Below, piece by piece: positions 1-9,544 of a DNA stretch of 64,000 bases. Within the stretch, counting starts at the first letter, position 1, and each line of letters opens with the position of its first letter. The notes beneath the pieces are model-generated. The model did not search any database and was not told where the DNA came from. It saw nothing but the letters and a program-made list of their open reading frames with translations. This DNA is from Candidatus Enterousia sp. (GTDB taxonomy: Bacteria; Pseudomonadota; Alphaproteobacteria; Rs-D84): NCBI GenBank assembly GCA_045606425.1, contig JAZURV010000004.1:120987-184986 (forward strand), read 5' to 3'. Both the position numbers and the translations under genes were made by a program.

Positions 1-667
1 TAAAATCAAGATATGACAAACCACGCGTATCATCAAAAACCCATGTAGATTTTACCGTTCCTGCCAAAGACACACCTGTATATTGACGACCGAAACGCAA
101 TCCGGCGTAATATGACGAATCCGCATATTCTGGCGTTCTGACATGTGATGACCCCCAAACCTTTAACCCGAACAAAGCATCAGAAATAATATGATTCGCA
201 TTCATACCATGACTCATACGATATGTTCCACCAAATTCAGTACTGGAAAAACCGTTTTCATGTTTGCCTGACAAATCCCACTGATAAAGCATGTTTGCGT
301 GAATAACAAAATTGTTATTTATGCCATACCCAACATATTGCCCAAAACGCAATTTTTTATCAAAACTGTAAATATACGAATCCGTTAAAAAAGTATTATC
401 TGGAATCAAAAACAACGGGTCAGAAGAATCATTGAACAAAGTGCTTTTTGTTGCCGGTTTTACCTGTTGTCCGATATAAGAATCAGATTGGGTTGTTTGC
501 ACAGAATTTGTTGTCGATTTTTCAACCGGCGCATCAAATGGTTCTTCGTCAGTTGCGACAACACCGGCATCGTCATCTGCGACATAGGTATCAGACAAAA
601 CAACGCCTTCGCCATGCGCCCCCCCGACCATAAACAAGGCAACAAACAACAACAAATATTTTTTCAT
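1..667 (-). CDS. Outer-membrane beta-barrel (porin-like) protein, partial; the gene continues beyond the window start
   Basis: Reverse-strand reading frame from the ATG at 665-667 translates as MKKYLLLFVALFMVGGAHG..., a signal peptide, and runs off the window start with no stop. It is not in the ORF track because it is truncated by the window edge. It ends ...GLSYLDF, an OMP-like aromatic C-terminal region. Confidence 0.45.
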   Translation of the reverse strand, partial: MKKYLLLFVALFMVGGAHGEGVVLSDTYVADDDAGVVATDEEPFDAPVEKSTTNSVQTTQSDSYIGQQVKPATKSTLFNDSSDPLFLIPDNTFLTDSYIYSFDKKLRFGQYVGYGINNNFVIHANMLYQWDLSGKHENGFSSTEFGGTYRMSHGMNANHIISDALFGLKVWGSSHVRTPEYADSSYYAGLRFGRQYTGVSLAGTVKSTWVFDDTRGLSYLDF

Positions 668-698
668 CTTTCTAACACCGAACTATACATTAAAAACC

Positions 699-1973
699 TT
701 AGAAATGCAGGATTGCCTGAACCCCAATTTTCCATTCATTATAATCTTTGATTTTATAATTCCCGTATGTATACGCCAGTTTAGAATCCTGTGATGCTGC
801 TGGAAAATCAGTGGTGACAGGATTTACATCATAATTATAGAAATTTCTAATTTTGCTTTTTGCAGAATCATAAATTGCAGTCGATGCATACAAATTCAAT
901 GCAAACATATCTGCCGGTTGCCATCCGATTGCACCCTTGATATTCAATTGGTTGTGCCAATCATAATGTCCGAATGTCGCTTCGCCATTTAATGTGAAAT
1001 ATTTATTCAAAACTGCGAACGCACCCAGGCCAGCCTCTGCTTGAAAGATATTTTTCGAATTTGAATTATAAGACAACATCAACCAATCGCCATCTGTTCC
1101 TTCTGAATAGACGCCGTATATATCGTTTTTTGTTAAATTTGTATATGCGATACGACCAATACCATAAATTGTTGTACGGTAAACTTTATATCCAGCCTTT
1201 ACAGTACCAATCAGAGTATTTGCTGTATCTTTCTGGTGTTGAAAGAATGCTTCACCCATAACAATCCATTCGTCAGAATCAACGAAACGATTCTGCAAAC
1301 CAACACCAAATAAATTCAGACCCGAATCCGAATATGTCATATCCGATTCTGGGATAGACCATTCAGAAAACTTGATTTTTGTTTTATCATATTGCGCCAT
1401 CAAAACCAGCGACAAAGAATCGGTTAAACCATAACTCAAATCTTCCTTAACTGTGAATTGTGTTGTTGTCGCTTTACCACTTATCCCTGCGTCGCCATAT
1501 CCAACAAACAACGGAGGATTTTTATCTATATCTAATATTGTACCTTCCATTATATCAAAATTGAATTTATTTTGTGCGTACCCCAAATCAGTCACAGAAC
1601 CGACATGCCCCTTTAATGGTTGAAAGAACGGATTTGCCAAAAAGAATTTTCTTTCCTGGGTCGCATAGGATTTTTTCACAGTTCTGGTTTGTTTTTTGCC
1701 CGACTGTTTCGCAGTATAATAATTTCCCCCACTATATGCACGCGCGTTTGATTCATACGACCGCGGTTGTGCCACAGAAGCATTTTGCGCATTCCCAGTA
1801 TAATAAAAATTATTTGTCACAGACGCACCGGTTTTCCGACTGGTGCTGACCTTTTTATATGTATTGGAATTTGTTTTTGCACTTGGTCTGTAATAAGATT
1901 CATATCCATACGCCGTCACAGAAATCATCGGCAACAAAGTCAACAAAGCCAAAGCACTTATATATTTTTTCAT
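699..1973 (-). CDS. Outer-membrane beta-barrel protein (putative porin/surface antigen), tandem with the upstream partial OMP
   Basis: 424-aa ORF with N-terminal signal peptide MKKYISALALLTLLPMISVTAYG. It is Tyr/Gly/Asn-rich with alternating amphipathic beta-strand-like segments and a C-terminal ...AILHF, the terminal Phe typical of OMP beta-barrels. Confidence 0.5.
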   Translation of the reverse strand: MKKYISALALLTLLPMISVTAYGYESYYRPSAKTNSNTYKKVSTSRKTGASVTNNFYYTGNAQNASVAQPRSYESNARAYSGGNYYTAKQSGKKQTRTVKKSYATQERKFFLANPFFQPLKGHVGSVTDLGYAQNKFNFDIMEGTILDIDKNPPLFVGYGDAGISGKATTTQFTVKEDLSYGLTDSLSLVLMAQYDKTKIKFSEWSIPESDMTYSDSGLNLFGVGLQNRFVDSDEWIVMGEAFFQHQKDTANTLIGTVKAGYKVYRTTIYGIGRIAYTNLTKNDIYGVYSEGTDGDWLMLSYNSNSKNIFQAEAGLGAFAVLNKYFTLNGEATFGHYDWHNQLNIKGAIGWQPADMFALNLYASTAIYDSAKSKIRNFYNYDVNPVTTDFPAASQDSKLAYTYGNYKIKDYNEWKIGVQAILHF

Positions 1974-2053
1974 AAAAAAACTCCTTTCATTTTGAAGATA
2001 TTATATCACAAAAAAGCCCTACAAAAAAGACAAAAATAACAAACCACGAAATT

Positions 2054-4327
2054 TTACAAAATATGCCGTTTGCCACCCGCATCTGGGGCACTGACCAGGC
2101 CTTCATTTTCCATGCGTTCGATAATTGTTGCGGCCTTGTTATAACCAATCGCCAATCTGCGTTGAATATAGGAAATGGTCGGCTTTTTATCACGCAAAAC
2201 GATTTCTTTTGCCTGTTCATAAAGGTCATTTGACTGTGCGGCCTTTGACCCTGCGGCGCCGCCCCCTGTATCAACGGCTGCGCCACCGGAATCTTCGCCT
2301 TCCGTGACACCTTCGGCATATTCTGGTTCGCCCTGTTCGCGCAAGAAATCGCCAACCGCAGACAATTCTTCGTCTGCGATAAAGGCGCCATGTATACGCA
2401 CAGGCACACGTCCAGCCTCACTAAACAACATATCACCACATGCCAACAGGTTTTCTGCACCCTTTTCGCCCAATGTGGTTATAGAATCGATTGCGCTGCG
2501 GGCCTGGAAAGAAATACGGGTCGGGAAATTCGCCTTGATAACGCCAGTAATTGTTGTTGCGTCTGGACGCTGGGTCGCCATAACCAGGTGAATTCCGGCA
2601 GCGCGCGCTTTCTGGGCAATTCTTTGAACACAGGCTTCTACTTCCTTGCGTGCCAACGCCATCAGGTCTGCAACCTCGTCAATAATAATGACAATGTATG
2701 GCATATCAGACATATCTACTTCTTGGGTTTCAAATTCCAGCGCACCTGTTTCAGGGTCTGTTCCAACCGCAACCTGGCGCGTCAATTGTTCGCCAGCATC
2801 GCGTTTTGCCGCCATTATTTCATTATAACTTTCGATATTGCGGGCATTTACAACCTGTAATTGTTTATAACGTTCTTCCATTTCACGCACAGCCCACTTT
2901 AACGCATTGACCGCCGCCGCAGGGTCCAATTTAACAATCGGGGTTATCAGATGCGGGATATCGTCCCAGAATCCAAAATCAACACCCTTTGGGTCGATAA
3001 TAATCAGTTTGCATTTATCCGGTGTAAAATGATAAACAATCGAAGTTATAATAGATTGCACAAACACAGATTTACCAGAACCTGTGCGTCCCGCAATCAA
3101 CATGTGTGGCATCTTTGCCAAATCAAAATACATTGGATTACCACCAATATCCACACCCAATGCCAACGGAATTTTATATTTAGAATTCATGAACAGATTA
3201 TTGTCAATCAAACCCTGATAACGCACAGTCTGACGCTTCAGATTTACCATTTCGACACCAATCAGTTGTGTTGACGGAATGTGCGCAATACGAATATTTT
3301 CCGTGGCCATGGCGCGCGTCATATCTTTGACAGTCTTGCTGACATCAACCATACGGGTTCCGCTGTCTGGCATAAATTCGTAAAGCGTCACAATCGGTCC
3401 AGGGTGAATACCGACAACCTTTCCATTTACGCCGTATTCAGCAAAATGAATTTCCATTGCTTCGGCATTTCTTTTTAATTCAGGTGTAATAACATTTTTC
3501 CCAAACACAGATTTTTCCAATAATTCAGGCGGTGGCAATTCATATTCATGTGCTTCTGCTGCCCCAGACGCAACTGCGACAACGCGTTTACGTGACGCCT
3601 TGCGCCGTTTTGGTTTTTCCTGTTCTGTTTCTTCTTCCTCTTCTTCGTCTTCAACCTCTTCTTCGTCTTCTTCATATTCTTCTTCATCTGGCGCATCGAC
3701 AGGCTTTATAATATGGAACACAGACAACAACCATTTAATTGCATTGTATGTATATATAAATGCCGCTTTGACATGTGCCCATTTTATATGCAACAGAATA
3801 CCAGACATAATTAAAAACAACACAAACAGAACTATCCCAATTGGCAAAGACACCGCCCCCAGCATTGGCGCAATATCAGCACCAACAATGGCACCAAACA
3901 CACCGCCAAAACTTTTAGACGGAAACATCAACCCCAACGCAGACGCCCCGATACATAATGTCACGAAACCACGCAAGAAATTATATTCTGGCGCCCTTTC
4001 TTCGTCCCAGCCAACAAACAGACTTAGCCCGAAACGCCCCAGACACATAAACAAAAACAACGCAGGTATAAAACCAATAACATAACGCGTAAAAACAACA
4101 ATATTACCAATTATACCCTGGTTGCCAAATGTTCCATGTGCAGCAAATCCGGACAAATACGGGTTATAGAAAAACAATGCGGCCACCAACCAGACAGAAA
4201 CCAGGCAAAACAAAACCCCCAGCGCACGCACTGACAAATTACGCAACATTATCGCGATACTTTCCGGCAAGAATTTAGACTTATTATTCATTACTGGCAT
4301 TTTATCACAATTTAAGACAAAGTGCAA
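2054..4327 (-). CDS. ftsK: DNA translocase FtsK
   Basis: 757 aa with N-terminal TM helices, an acidic Glu/Asp-rich linker, and a C-terminal FtsK motor carrying Walker A (AGRTGSGKS). It ends with the winged-helix gamma domain. The true start may be the internal Met at MPVMNNKSK. Confidence 0.9.
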   Translation of the reverse strand: MHFVLNCDKMPVMNNKSKFLPESIAIMLRNLSVRALGVLFCLVSVWLVAALFFYNPYLSGFAAHGTFGNQGIIGNIVVFTRYVIGFIPALFLFMCLGRFGLSLFVGWDEERAPEYNFLRGFVTLCIGASALGLMFPSKSFGGVFGAIVGADIAPMLGAVSLPIGIVLFVLFLIMSGILLHIKWAHVKAAFIYTYNAIKWLLSVFHIIKPVDAPDEEEYEEDEEEVEDEEEEEETEQEKPKRRKASRKRVVAVASGAAEAHEYELPPPELLEKSVFGKNVITPELKRNAEAMEIHFAEYGVNGKVVGIHPGPIVTLYEFMPDSGTRMVDVSKTVKDMTRAMATENIRIAHIPSTQLIGVEMVNLKRQTVRYQGLIDNNLFMNSKYKIPLALGVDIGGNPMYFDLAKMPHMLIAGRTGSGKSVFVQSIITSIVYHFTPDKCKLIIIDPKGVDFGFWDDIPHLITPIVKLDPAAAVNALKWAVREMEERYKQLQVVNARNIESYNEIMAAKRDAGEQLTRQVAVGTDPETGALEFETQEVDMSDMPYIVIIIDEVADLMALARKEVEACVQRIAQKARAAGIHLVMATQRPDATTITGVIKANFPTRISFQARSAIDSITTLGEKGAENLLACGDMLFSEAGRVPVRIHGAFIADEELSAVGDFLREQGEPEYAEGVTEGEDSGGAAVDTGGGAAGSKAAQSNDLYEQAKEIVLRDKKPTISYIQRRLAIGYNKAATIIERMENEGLVSAPDAGGKRHIL

Positions 4328-4331
4328 AAGC

Positions 4332-5009
4332 CTATTTTGAATTTATCTTTTTCAATATTGCCTTTGCGAAATCAGCGCATATCATACCGATAAACGCACC
4401 AAAGATAACATCTGTCGGCCAATGCGCCCCAACATACACACGCGACAACGCGATTATAATGGCCAACGACCATGTCAACCACTTTATCCGCGGAAACAAC
4501 ATTCCCAACATAACCAACCCAGCAAAACTGACCGCCGTATGTCCTGACGGCATAGAATTAAATTCATTTGAACACGAAAACATATTAAACAAATCTGGTT
4601 CTGCAAATATTGGACGCGCACGACCGATAATAAACTTTGCAATTGCCACAACACCACACGCCAGAACCAATGACATCAATACATAAAAGAAATAACTGTT
4701 TTTAATTTTCACAAATGCAAATCTGAAATCGTATTCATTTGTGACGGCCTTGTACACAAAAAATGCAGCAACAGCAAACACAGAAAACGCCAACCAAACC
4801 TTCCATGAAAATATTTTTCCAAACACCAACGCCACCAGACACATATTGTTCGACACATCTGGCAAATCAGTATTGCACGCAGGATTATTTATTAAACCAA
4901 ACAACGGTTCGTCCAATGCAAACACCCCCAACAAAACCAACGCCAATGTCACCAGGGCGCCAAATCCAATCCATTTCCATTTCAAAGTATTATCTTTTCG
5001 TATAAACAT
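4332..5009 (-). CDS. PAP2-family phosphatase (PgpB / undecaprenyl-PP phosphatase-like)
   Basis: Multi-TM protein with PAP2 signature motifs KxxxxxxRP (IIGRARP), PSGH (MPSGHTAV) and SRxxxxxHxxxD (SRVYVGAHWPTD). Confidence 0.8.
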   Translation of the reverse strand: MFIRKDNTLKWKWIGFGALVTLALVLLGVFALDEPLFGLINNPACNTDLPDVSNNMCLVALVFGKIFSWKVWLAFSVFAVAAFFVYKAVTNEYDFRFAFVKIKNSYFFYVLMSLVLACGVVAIAKFIIGRARPIFAEPDLFNMFSCSNEFNSMPSGHTAVSFAGLVMLGMLFPRIKWLTWSLAIIIALSRVYVGAHWPTDVIFGAFIGMICADFAKAILKKINSK

Positions 5010-5010
5010 T

Positions 5011-6519
5011 TTATAAATCCATTAAATTAGAATACAGTTTTTTATCGGTTAAAATTTTCATACTGACCGCAGTGGCCATATTATCTTCGTCTTCACCATT
5101 TGTGATATTGGGACACGCCTTGCGCAGTCCTTTGATATCGACATTTTTATCATTGTTATAATCATGGGCATTAAATTCACCATTTATTATATTCAGGAAA
5201 AAGGCTTCGCGTTGTTGTGAATTTCTGATATTAGACAAACAAACCAACGGGAAAACACCACGACCATCTATCATATTTCCCCGACCCGTCTTTACAGATT
5301 TATTCAACAATTCCAAAACACCACCATTTTTCAAATCCAGAAAGGTTGCAATTCTGCTGCGTCCTGCGGTTGGTGTACCAATCAAAACACCGCGTCTGTT
5401 TTCATAGAATGCCGCAGCAATTGCCTCTGCTGTGCCTTCGGTTGTATCAGAAATCAACACAACCACAGGTGCCTTGGTTATCGCATCACCACCCGGAACA
5501 ATTTCTAATTCGTCCACAGCAGTTTCGTTTATCCGCATCACGGGGACCGCGCCCATAAACAGCCCTGCCATTTTTGCCGCAGCCTTTTCATCGTCGCCCT
5601 TGGCTGTTCTTAAATCCAAAACAATACCACCAATATCAGAATATTTATTCAGTGCTTCGTTCACAATATCAACCGCAGAATCAGATATTTTATGCACAAC
5701 AATTTCCAAAACGCCGTCCATCGTCTGATTTTTCCCACGATGAATAACATCTGCATCTGCCAGTATCACTGTTGCGCGACGCAGTGTCACATTTCGATTA
5801 CCAAACGGCGTCAATAATTTAATTTTTGCTGTTCCTGAATTATAACCAGACAATATTGCCCCCATATCTGCATCAGACATTTCAGACACGCGTTTTCCGT
5901 TTACTTCGGAAATAATGTCGCCTTCGTGAATGCCGGCGATATCCGCGGGCGAATCTTTATAAACACCGGTTATTCTGAAATTAGAACGAAAATCGCGTCC
6001 ACCGTCAAAACCGATACTGGTCAGGATTCGTTTGTCTGCATCATTTATCGCATCACGCGATAAAACATATGTTCCATTTTGGTCAACACTGGACAACAAA
6101 GCATTCACAACGACCTGGTACAAACTGTCCTGGGGCAGCGCGCGCAATTGTTCGTCTTTTTCGCGCATCTTTAATATCAGCGCGGTTGTTATTTCGCCAT
6201 ATGCGTTCCAATCTTTGCTTTCTGGATACGGGTAATTCGCAATCAGTTCGTCGCCCCAAACCAAAACAGCCCGTTCACCAGTCGCAGCGATATGGGCATT
6301 TGGATTTATTTTTTCCAAACCTTCAATTGCAATATCAACACTTTTACCGGCCCAATTTACACCGTCCAGTTTTTCATAAATATCTGCGAACACGCCAGAT
6401 GCCTGGCGCACATTTATTCCGTCCTGGATTGTTATATCATCATGAAATAATTCAGACGCCAAAACCTCCAGGGGCGCAAAGATAAAATTTATTGCTAAAA
6501 TCAGTTTTAATATTTTCAT
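5011..6519 (-). CDS. ctpA: S41 C-terminal processing peptidase (CtpA/Prc-like) with PDZ domain
   Basis: Signal peptide, a PDZ-like segment (GDIISEVNGKRV), and an S41 peptidase core (IVLDLRTAKGD ... VVVLISDTTEGTAEAIAAAF). Confidence 0.75.
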   Translation of the reverse strand: MKILKLILAINFIFAPLEVLASELFHDDITIQDGINVRQASGVFADIYEKLDGVNWAGKSVDIAIEGLEKINPNAHIAATGERAVLVWGDELIANYPYPESKDWNAYGEITTALILKMREKDEQLRALPQDSLYQVVVNALLSSVDQNGTYVLSRDAINDADKRILTSIGFDGGRDFRSNFRITGVYKDSPADIAGIHEGDIISEVNGKRVSEMSDADMGAILSGYNSGTAKIKLLTPFGNRNVTLRRATVILADADVIHRGKNQTMDGVLEIVVHKISDSAVDIVNEALNKYSDIGGIVLDLRTAKGDDEKAAAKMAGLFMGAVPVMRINETAVDELEIVPGGDAITKAPVVVLISDTTEGTAEAIAAAFYENRRGVLIGTPTAGRSRIATFLDLKNGGVLELLNKSVKTGRGNMIDGRGVFPLVCLSNIRNSQQREAFFLNIINGEFNAHDYNNDKNVDIKGLRKACPNITNGEDEDNMATAVSMKILTDKKLYSNLMDL

Positions 6520-6548
6520 CCTTTCCTCTCTTCCCTGGGGGTTTTGTT

Positions 6549-7415
6549 TTAGTATTGTGTTTCCCTTAAATTAAAGTGATACAAAATAACATTAGAAATA
6601 TAGATACTGGTCAATGTCCCACTGACGATAGAAAATGTCATCGCAACTGCAAATTCGCGCAACATCTGACCGCCAAAGATGTAAATACCAACCATCGCCA
6701 ATATGGTCGATACAGATGTCATTATTGTACGATATAACATTTCATTCACAGACAAATCAATTATATCAGAAATTGGCATCTTGTGATACTTTTTAATATT
6801 TTCATCGATTCTGTCATAATTCACAACTTTATCGTTCACCGAATAACCTACCCCCATCAGGATAACCGCAATCGCAGTCTGATTGAATTCCAGCCCTGCA
6901 ATTGAAAAGAATCCAAACATCAAAATCAAATCGAATACCAACGATACGAATGACCCAACTGCATATCCCCCACGATATCTTATCCAGATATATACAGCCA
7001 TCATAACAAATGATACCAATATCGCCAAAATACCGCCACGAATCAATTCGCCACCGATTTTTGGTCCAACAACTTGGATTTGCGAATAAGTTACCCGGTC
7101 ACCCAAAATGTTTTTAATTTCTGCGACACGAACATTTTGTTCTTCATCGGTCGAACCCTTTGGCAAACCAACACGAATCAGGACAGAATTCCCATCAACC
7201 GCCTGTAATTCGGGCTTAAACGCCGCCAAATCATGGCGCATTTTATCCACAGTGTAATCGGCAACGACTGGTTGTACCTCCATCGAAATACCACCGGAAA
7301 AGTCGATACCATAATTAAAGCCCTTGAACACGATTGACAATATGGACAGCACAACACAGATTGCAGAAATCCAATATGACAATTTACGATATTTCATAAA
7401 ATGCAGTTTCATCAT
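6549..7415 (-). CDS. secF: Protein translocase subunit SecF
   Basis: 288 aa with six TM segments; SecF family similarity (GIDFSGG ... FSIAGLEFNQTAIAVIL ...). It sits immediately downstream of secD. Confidence 0.9.
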   Translation of the reverse strand: MMKLHFMKYRKLSYWISAICVVLSILSIVFKGFNYGIDFSGGISMEVQPVVADYTVDKMRHDLAAFKPELQAVDGNSVLIRVGLPKGSTDEEQNVRVAEIKNILGDRVTYSQIQVVGPKIGGELIRGGILAILVSFVMMAVYIWIRYRGGYAVGSFVSLVFDLILMFGFFSIAGLEFNQTAIAVILMGVGYSVNDKVVNYDRIDENIKKYHKMPISDIIDLSVNEMLYRTIMTSVSTILAMVGIYIFGGQMLREFAVAMTFSIVSGTLTSIYISNVILYHFNLRETQY

Positions 7416-7445
7416 TTTCCCCTATGTTATAATTGCACTTTCTTT

Positions 7446-9008
7446 TTATTTATTTTTGATATAGCCGATTTTCTTGCTTTTCCCATTCATGTACCAATCA
7501 ACAAATACACGGGTCAACAACAGGCATGTAAACAAAGTTGTTGCCACACCAATCGACAGTGTCACTGCAAATCCACGAATTGGACCCGCGCCAAATTGGA
7601 ACAAAATCAATGCACAGATTAAATTGGTCAATTCACCGTCCAATACAGTTTTTGTCGAACGCGTAAACCCATAATCGACCGCACGAAGTGTTGGAACACC
7701 GGCGCGCACTTCATCACGAATTCTTTCAAACGGCAAAATGTTTGCATCCACCGCCATACCCAGTGTCAACACGATACCCGCGATACCTGGCAAAGTCAGT
7801 GTTGCACCAAACAATGCAGACACACCGATAATCATCAGCAAATTCACAATCAAAACGATATCTGCGAACAAACCGAATATTCCATACAGCACGAACATGA
7901 ATATCAAAACGAACAGCACGCCAACCACAGAACCTATTTTACCGCTTGCAATTGTATCGGCGCCCAGGCCCGCACCAACTGTTCTTTCTTCGATAACTTC
8001 CAATGGTGCAGGCAAAGCACCACTGCGCAACAGCACCGCCAAATCTTTCGCGCTTTGCAGTGTGAAATTACCAGAAATTTGACCGCGTCCACCCGGAATT
8101 GGTTCACGAATTGTTGGCGCAGACAAAACCTTGTCATCTAAAACAATTGCAAATCTTTCATTTACATGTTCGGTTGTCAATTTTGCAAAACGGCGCGCCC
8201 CAGACGCATCGAATTCAGTTGTCACAACTGGCATATTATTTTGATCGAATGACGCCTCTGAATTTTTCAAACTATCCCCCGACACCTCTACACGGGAATA
8301 AACAGGTATTTTTTGACCTGGGCTTTCCATGTATTCCAGGAACATTGTACCACTGGGCGCATGGCCTGACGCCAACTGTTCGCTGGTAATATTTTCATTT
8401 ACCAAATGGAAAGTCATCTTTGCGGTTTTTCCAATCAGTTCTTTGATATGTTCAGGATTATCGACGCCCGGCAATTGTACCAATATATATTTTCCGCCCT
8501 GTGACTGAATAGACGGTTCTTTTGTTCCCAACGCGTCGATACGACGGCGAACAATTTCGATACTGCGCGACATAGCATCCGATACCATTTCTTCGCGTGC
8601 CTTTGATGTATATGTCAGGGTTAAATTTTTACCATTCGACGCAACATCCACAGCATTACCCAACACGCTGCGCAGACGACCCTTTGCCTTAGACACATCA
8701 TCGTTTTCGCGCACGACCAATGTCACGGCATTACCAGTATTACGCAAATCAGAAAAACGAATTACGCCTTTGTTTCTGTCAATAAGCGCGCCACGCGTTT
8801 CATCGTATAATTGCGCATATTTTTCCTTTATCATAACATCAGTGTCAACTTCCAACAAAAGTTGCGCCCCACCCTTTAAATCCAGACCCAATGGAATTGG
8901 TTTAATCCATGACGGGAAATACGGCGCCAATTTCGGCGATAATGTTGGAACTGCTAACAAAATACCAAACAAAGAAATAAATATAATTGCTAATTTTTTA
9001 AACATCAT
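7446..9008 (-). CDS. secD: Protein translocase subunit SecD
   Basis: 520 aa, LGLDLKGG motif, large periplasmic domain and C-terminal TM bundle. yajC-secD-secF gene order. Confidence 0.9.
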   Translation of the reverse strand: MMFKKLAIIFISLFGILLAVPTLSPKLAPYFPSWIKPIPLGLDLKGGAQLLLEVDTDVMIKEKYAQLYDETRGALIDRNKGVIRFSDLRNTGNAVTLVVRENDDVSKAKGRLRSVLGNAVDVASNGKNLTLTYTSKAREEMVSDAMSRSIEIVRRRIDALGTKEPSIQSQGGKYILVQLPGVDNPEHIKELIGKTAKMTFHLVNENITSEQLASGHAPSGTMFLEYMESPGQKIPVYSRVEVSGDSLKNSEASFDQNNMPVVTTEFDASGARRFAKLTTEHVNERFAIVLDDKVLSAPTIREPIPGGRGQISGNFTLQSAKDLAVLLRSGALPAPLEVIEERTVGAGLGADTIASGKIGSVVGVLFVLIFMFVLYGIFGLFADIVLIVNLLMIIGVSALFGATLTLPGIAGIVLTLGMAVDANILPFERIRDEVRAGVPTLRAVDYGFTRSTKTVLDGELTNLICALILFQFGAGPIRGFAVTLSIGVATTLFTCLLLTRVFVDWYMNGKSKKIGYIKNK

Positions 9009-9019
9009 GATACCCCAGA

Positions 9020-9334
9020 CTATTCAATATTTGCGATTGCGTTTTTATTGACTTCGACAACGACGCCTTTGGCGATTTCCATTTCAATGGTTTTTTCATT
9101 TACTTTTTTCACAGTACCATAAATACCGGCAGCCAACACACGATTGCCAACCTTTATACTGTCTAACATTTTTTGATATTCAGCCATACGCTTTTTATTT
9201 GGTCGTATCATAAAGAAATACAATATTGCCATAATAATAACACAATATAAAATCATACCCCACATGCCGCCCTGTTGCTGTGCGATTGGTGCAGATTGTG
9301 TTGCCTGATTTACAACTTCAACTGTTTCATTCAT
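9020..9334 (-). CDS. yajC: Preprotein translocase subunit YajC
   Basis: 104 aa with a single TM helix and the YajC C-terminal motif (GNRVLAAGIYGTVKKVNEKTIEMEIAKGV). Located upstream of secDF. Confidence 0.85.
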   Translation of the reverse strand: MNETVEVVNQATQSAPIAQQQGGMWGMILYCVIIMAILYFFMIRPNKKRMAEYQKMLDSIKVGNRVLAAGIYGTVKKVNEKTIEMEIAKGVVVEVNKNAIANIE

Positions 9335-9495
9335 GAAAAATCTCCTTTTTTATAGGGGAATATTAGTAAAAAAAAGAGAATAAGTAAAGCACCAATTTCC
9401 ATTCACACGAATATAAATACATATTATTTATTTTTATTCTTTTATTAAACTGAACGGCAGGCCATATTGTATGTTTTTAATTTGCATTATGTACA

Positions 9496-9527
9496 AAAAC
9501 ACCCCTGAAACAGGGGTGTTTTTTTCC
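9496..9527. terminator. Rho-independent terminator (bidirectional hairpin)
   Basis: aaaaacacccctgaaacaggggtgttttttt: a GC-rich 8-bp stem flanked by A-run and T-run, immediately downstream of the 9545..10966 gene on the minus strand. Confidence 0.7.
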
Positions 9528-9544
9528 CAAAGGAAGGGAACTCT

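Noticed and set aside
2390-2860. Numerous ORFs of 60-160 aa lying within or antisense to ftsK, secD, mutL, recA, the fadD-like genes, uvrB and others (e.g. 2390..2860)
   Set aside because: They overlap strongly supported conserved genes on the opposite strand or in another frame and have no domain support.
3590-3700. Low-complexity GAA/GAG-rich stretch (and the antisense poly-Ser ORF 3600..4085) as a tandem repeat element
   Set aside because: It encodes the acidic Glu/Asp linker of FtsK; the antisense ORF is an artefact.
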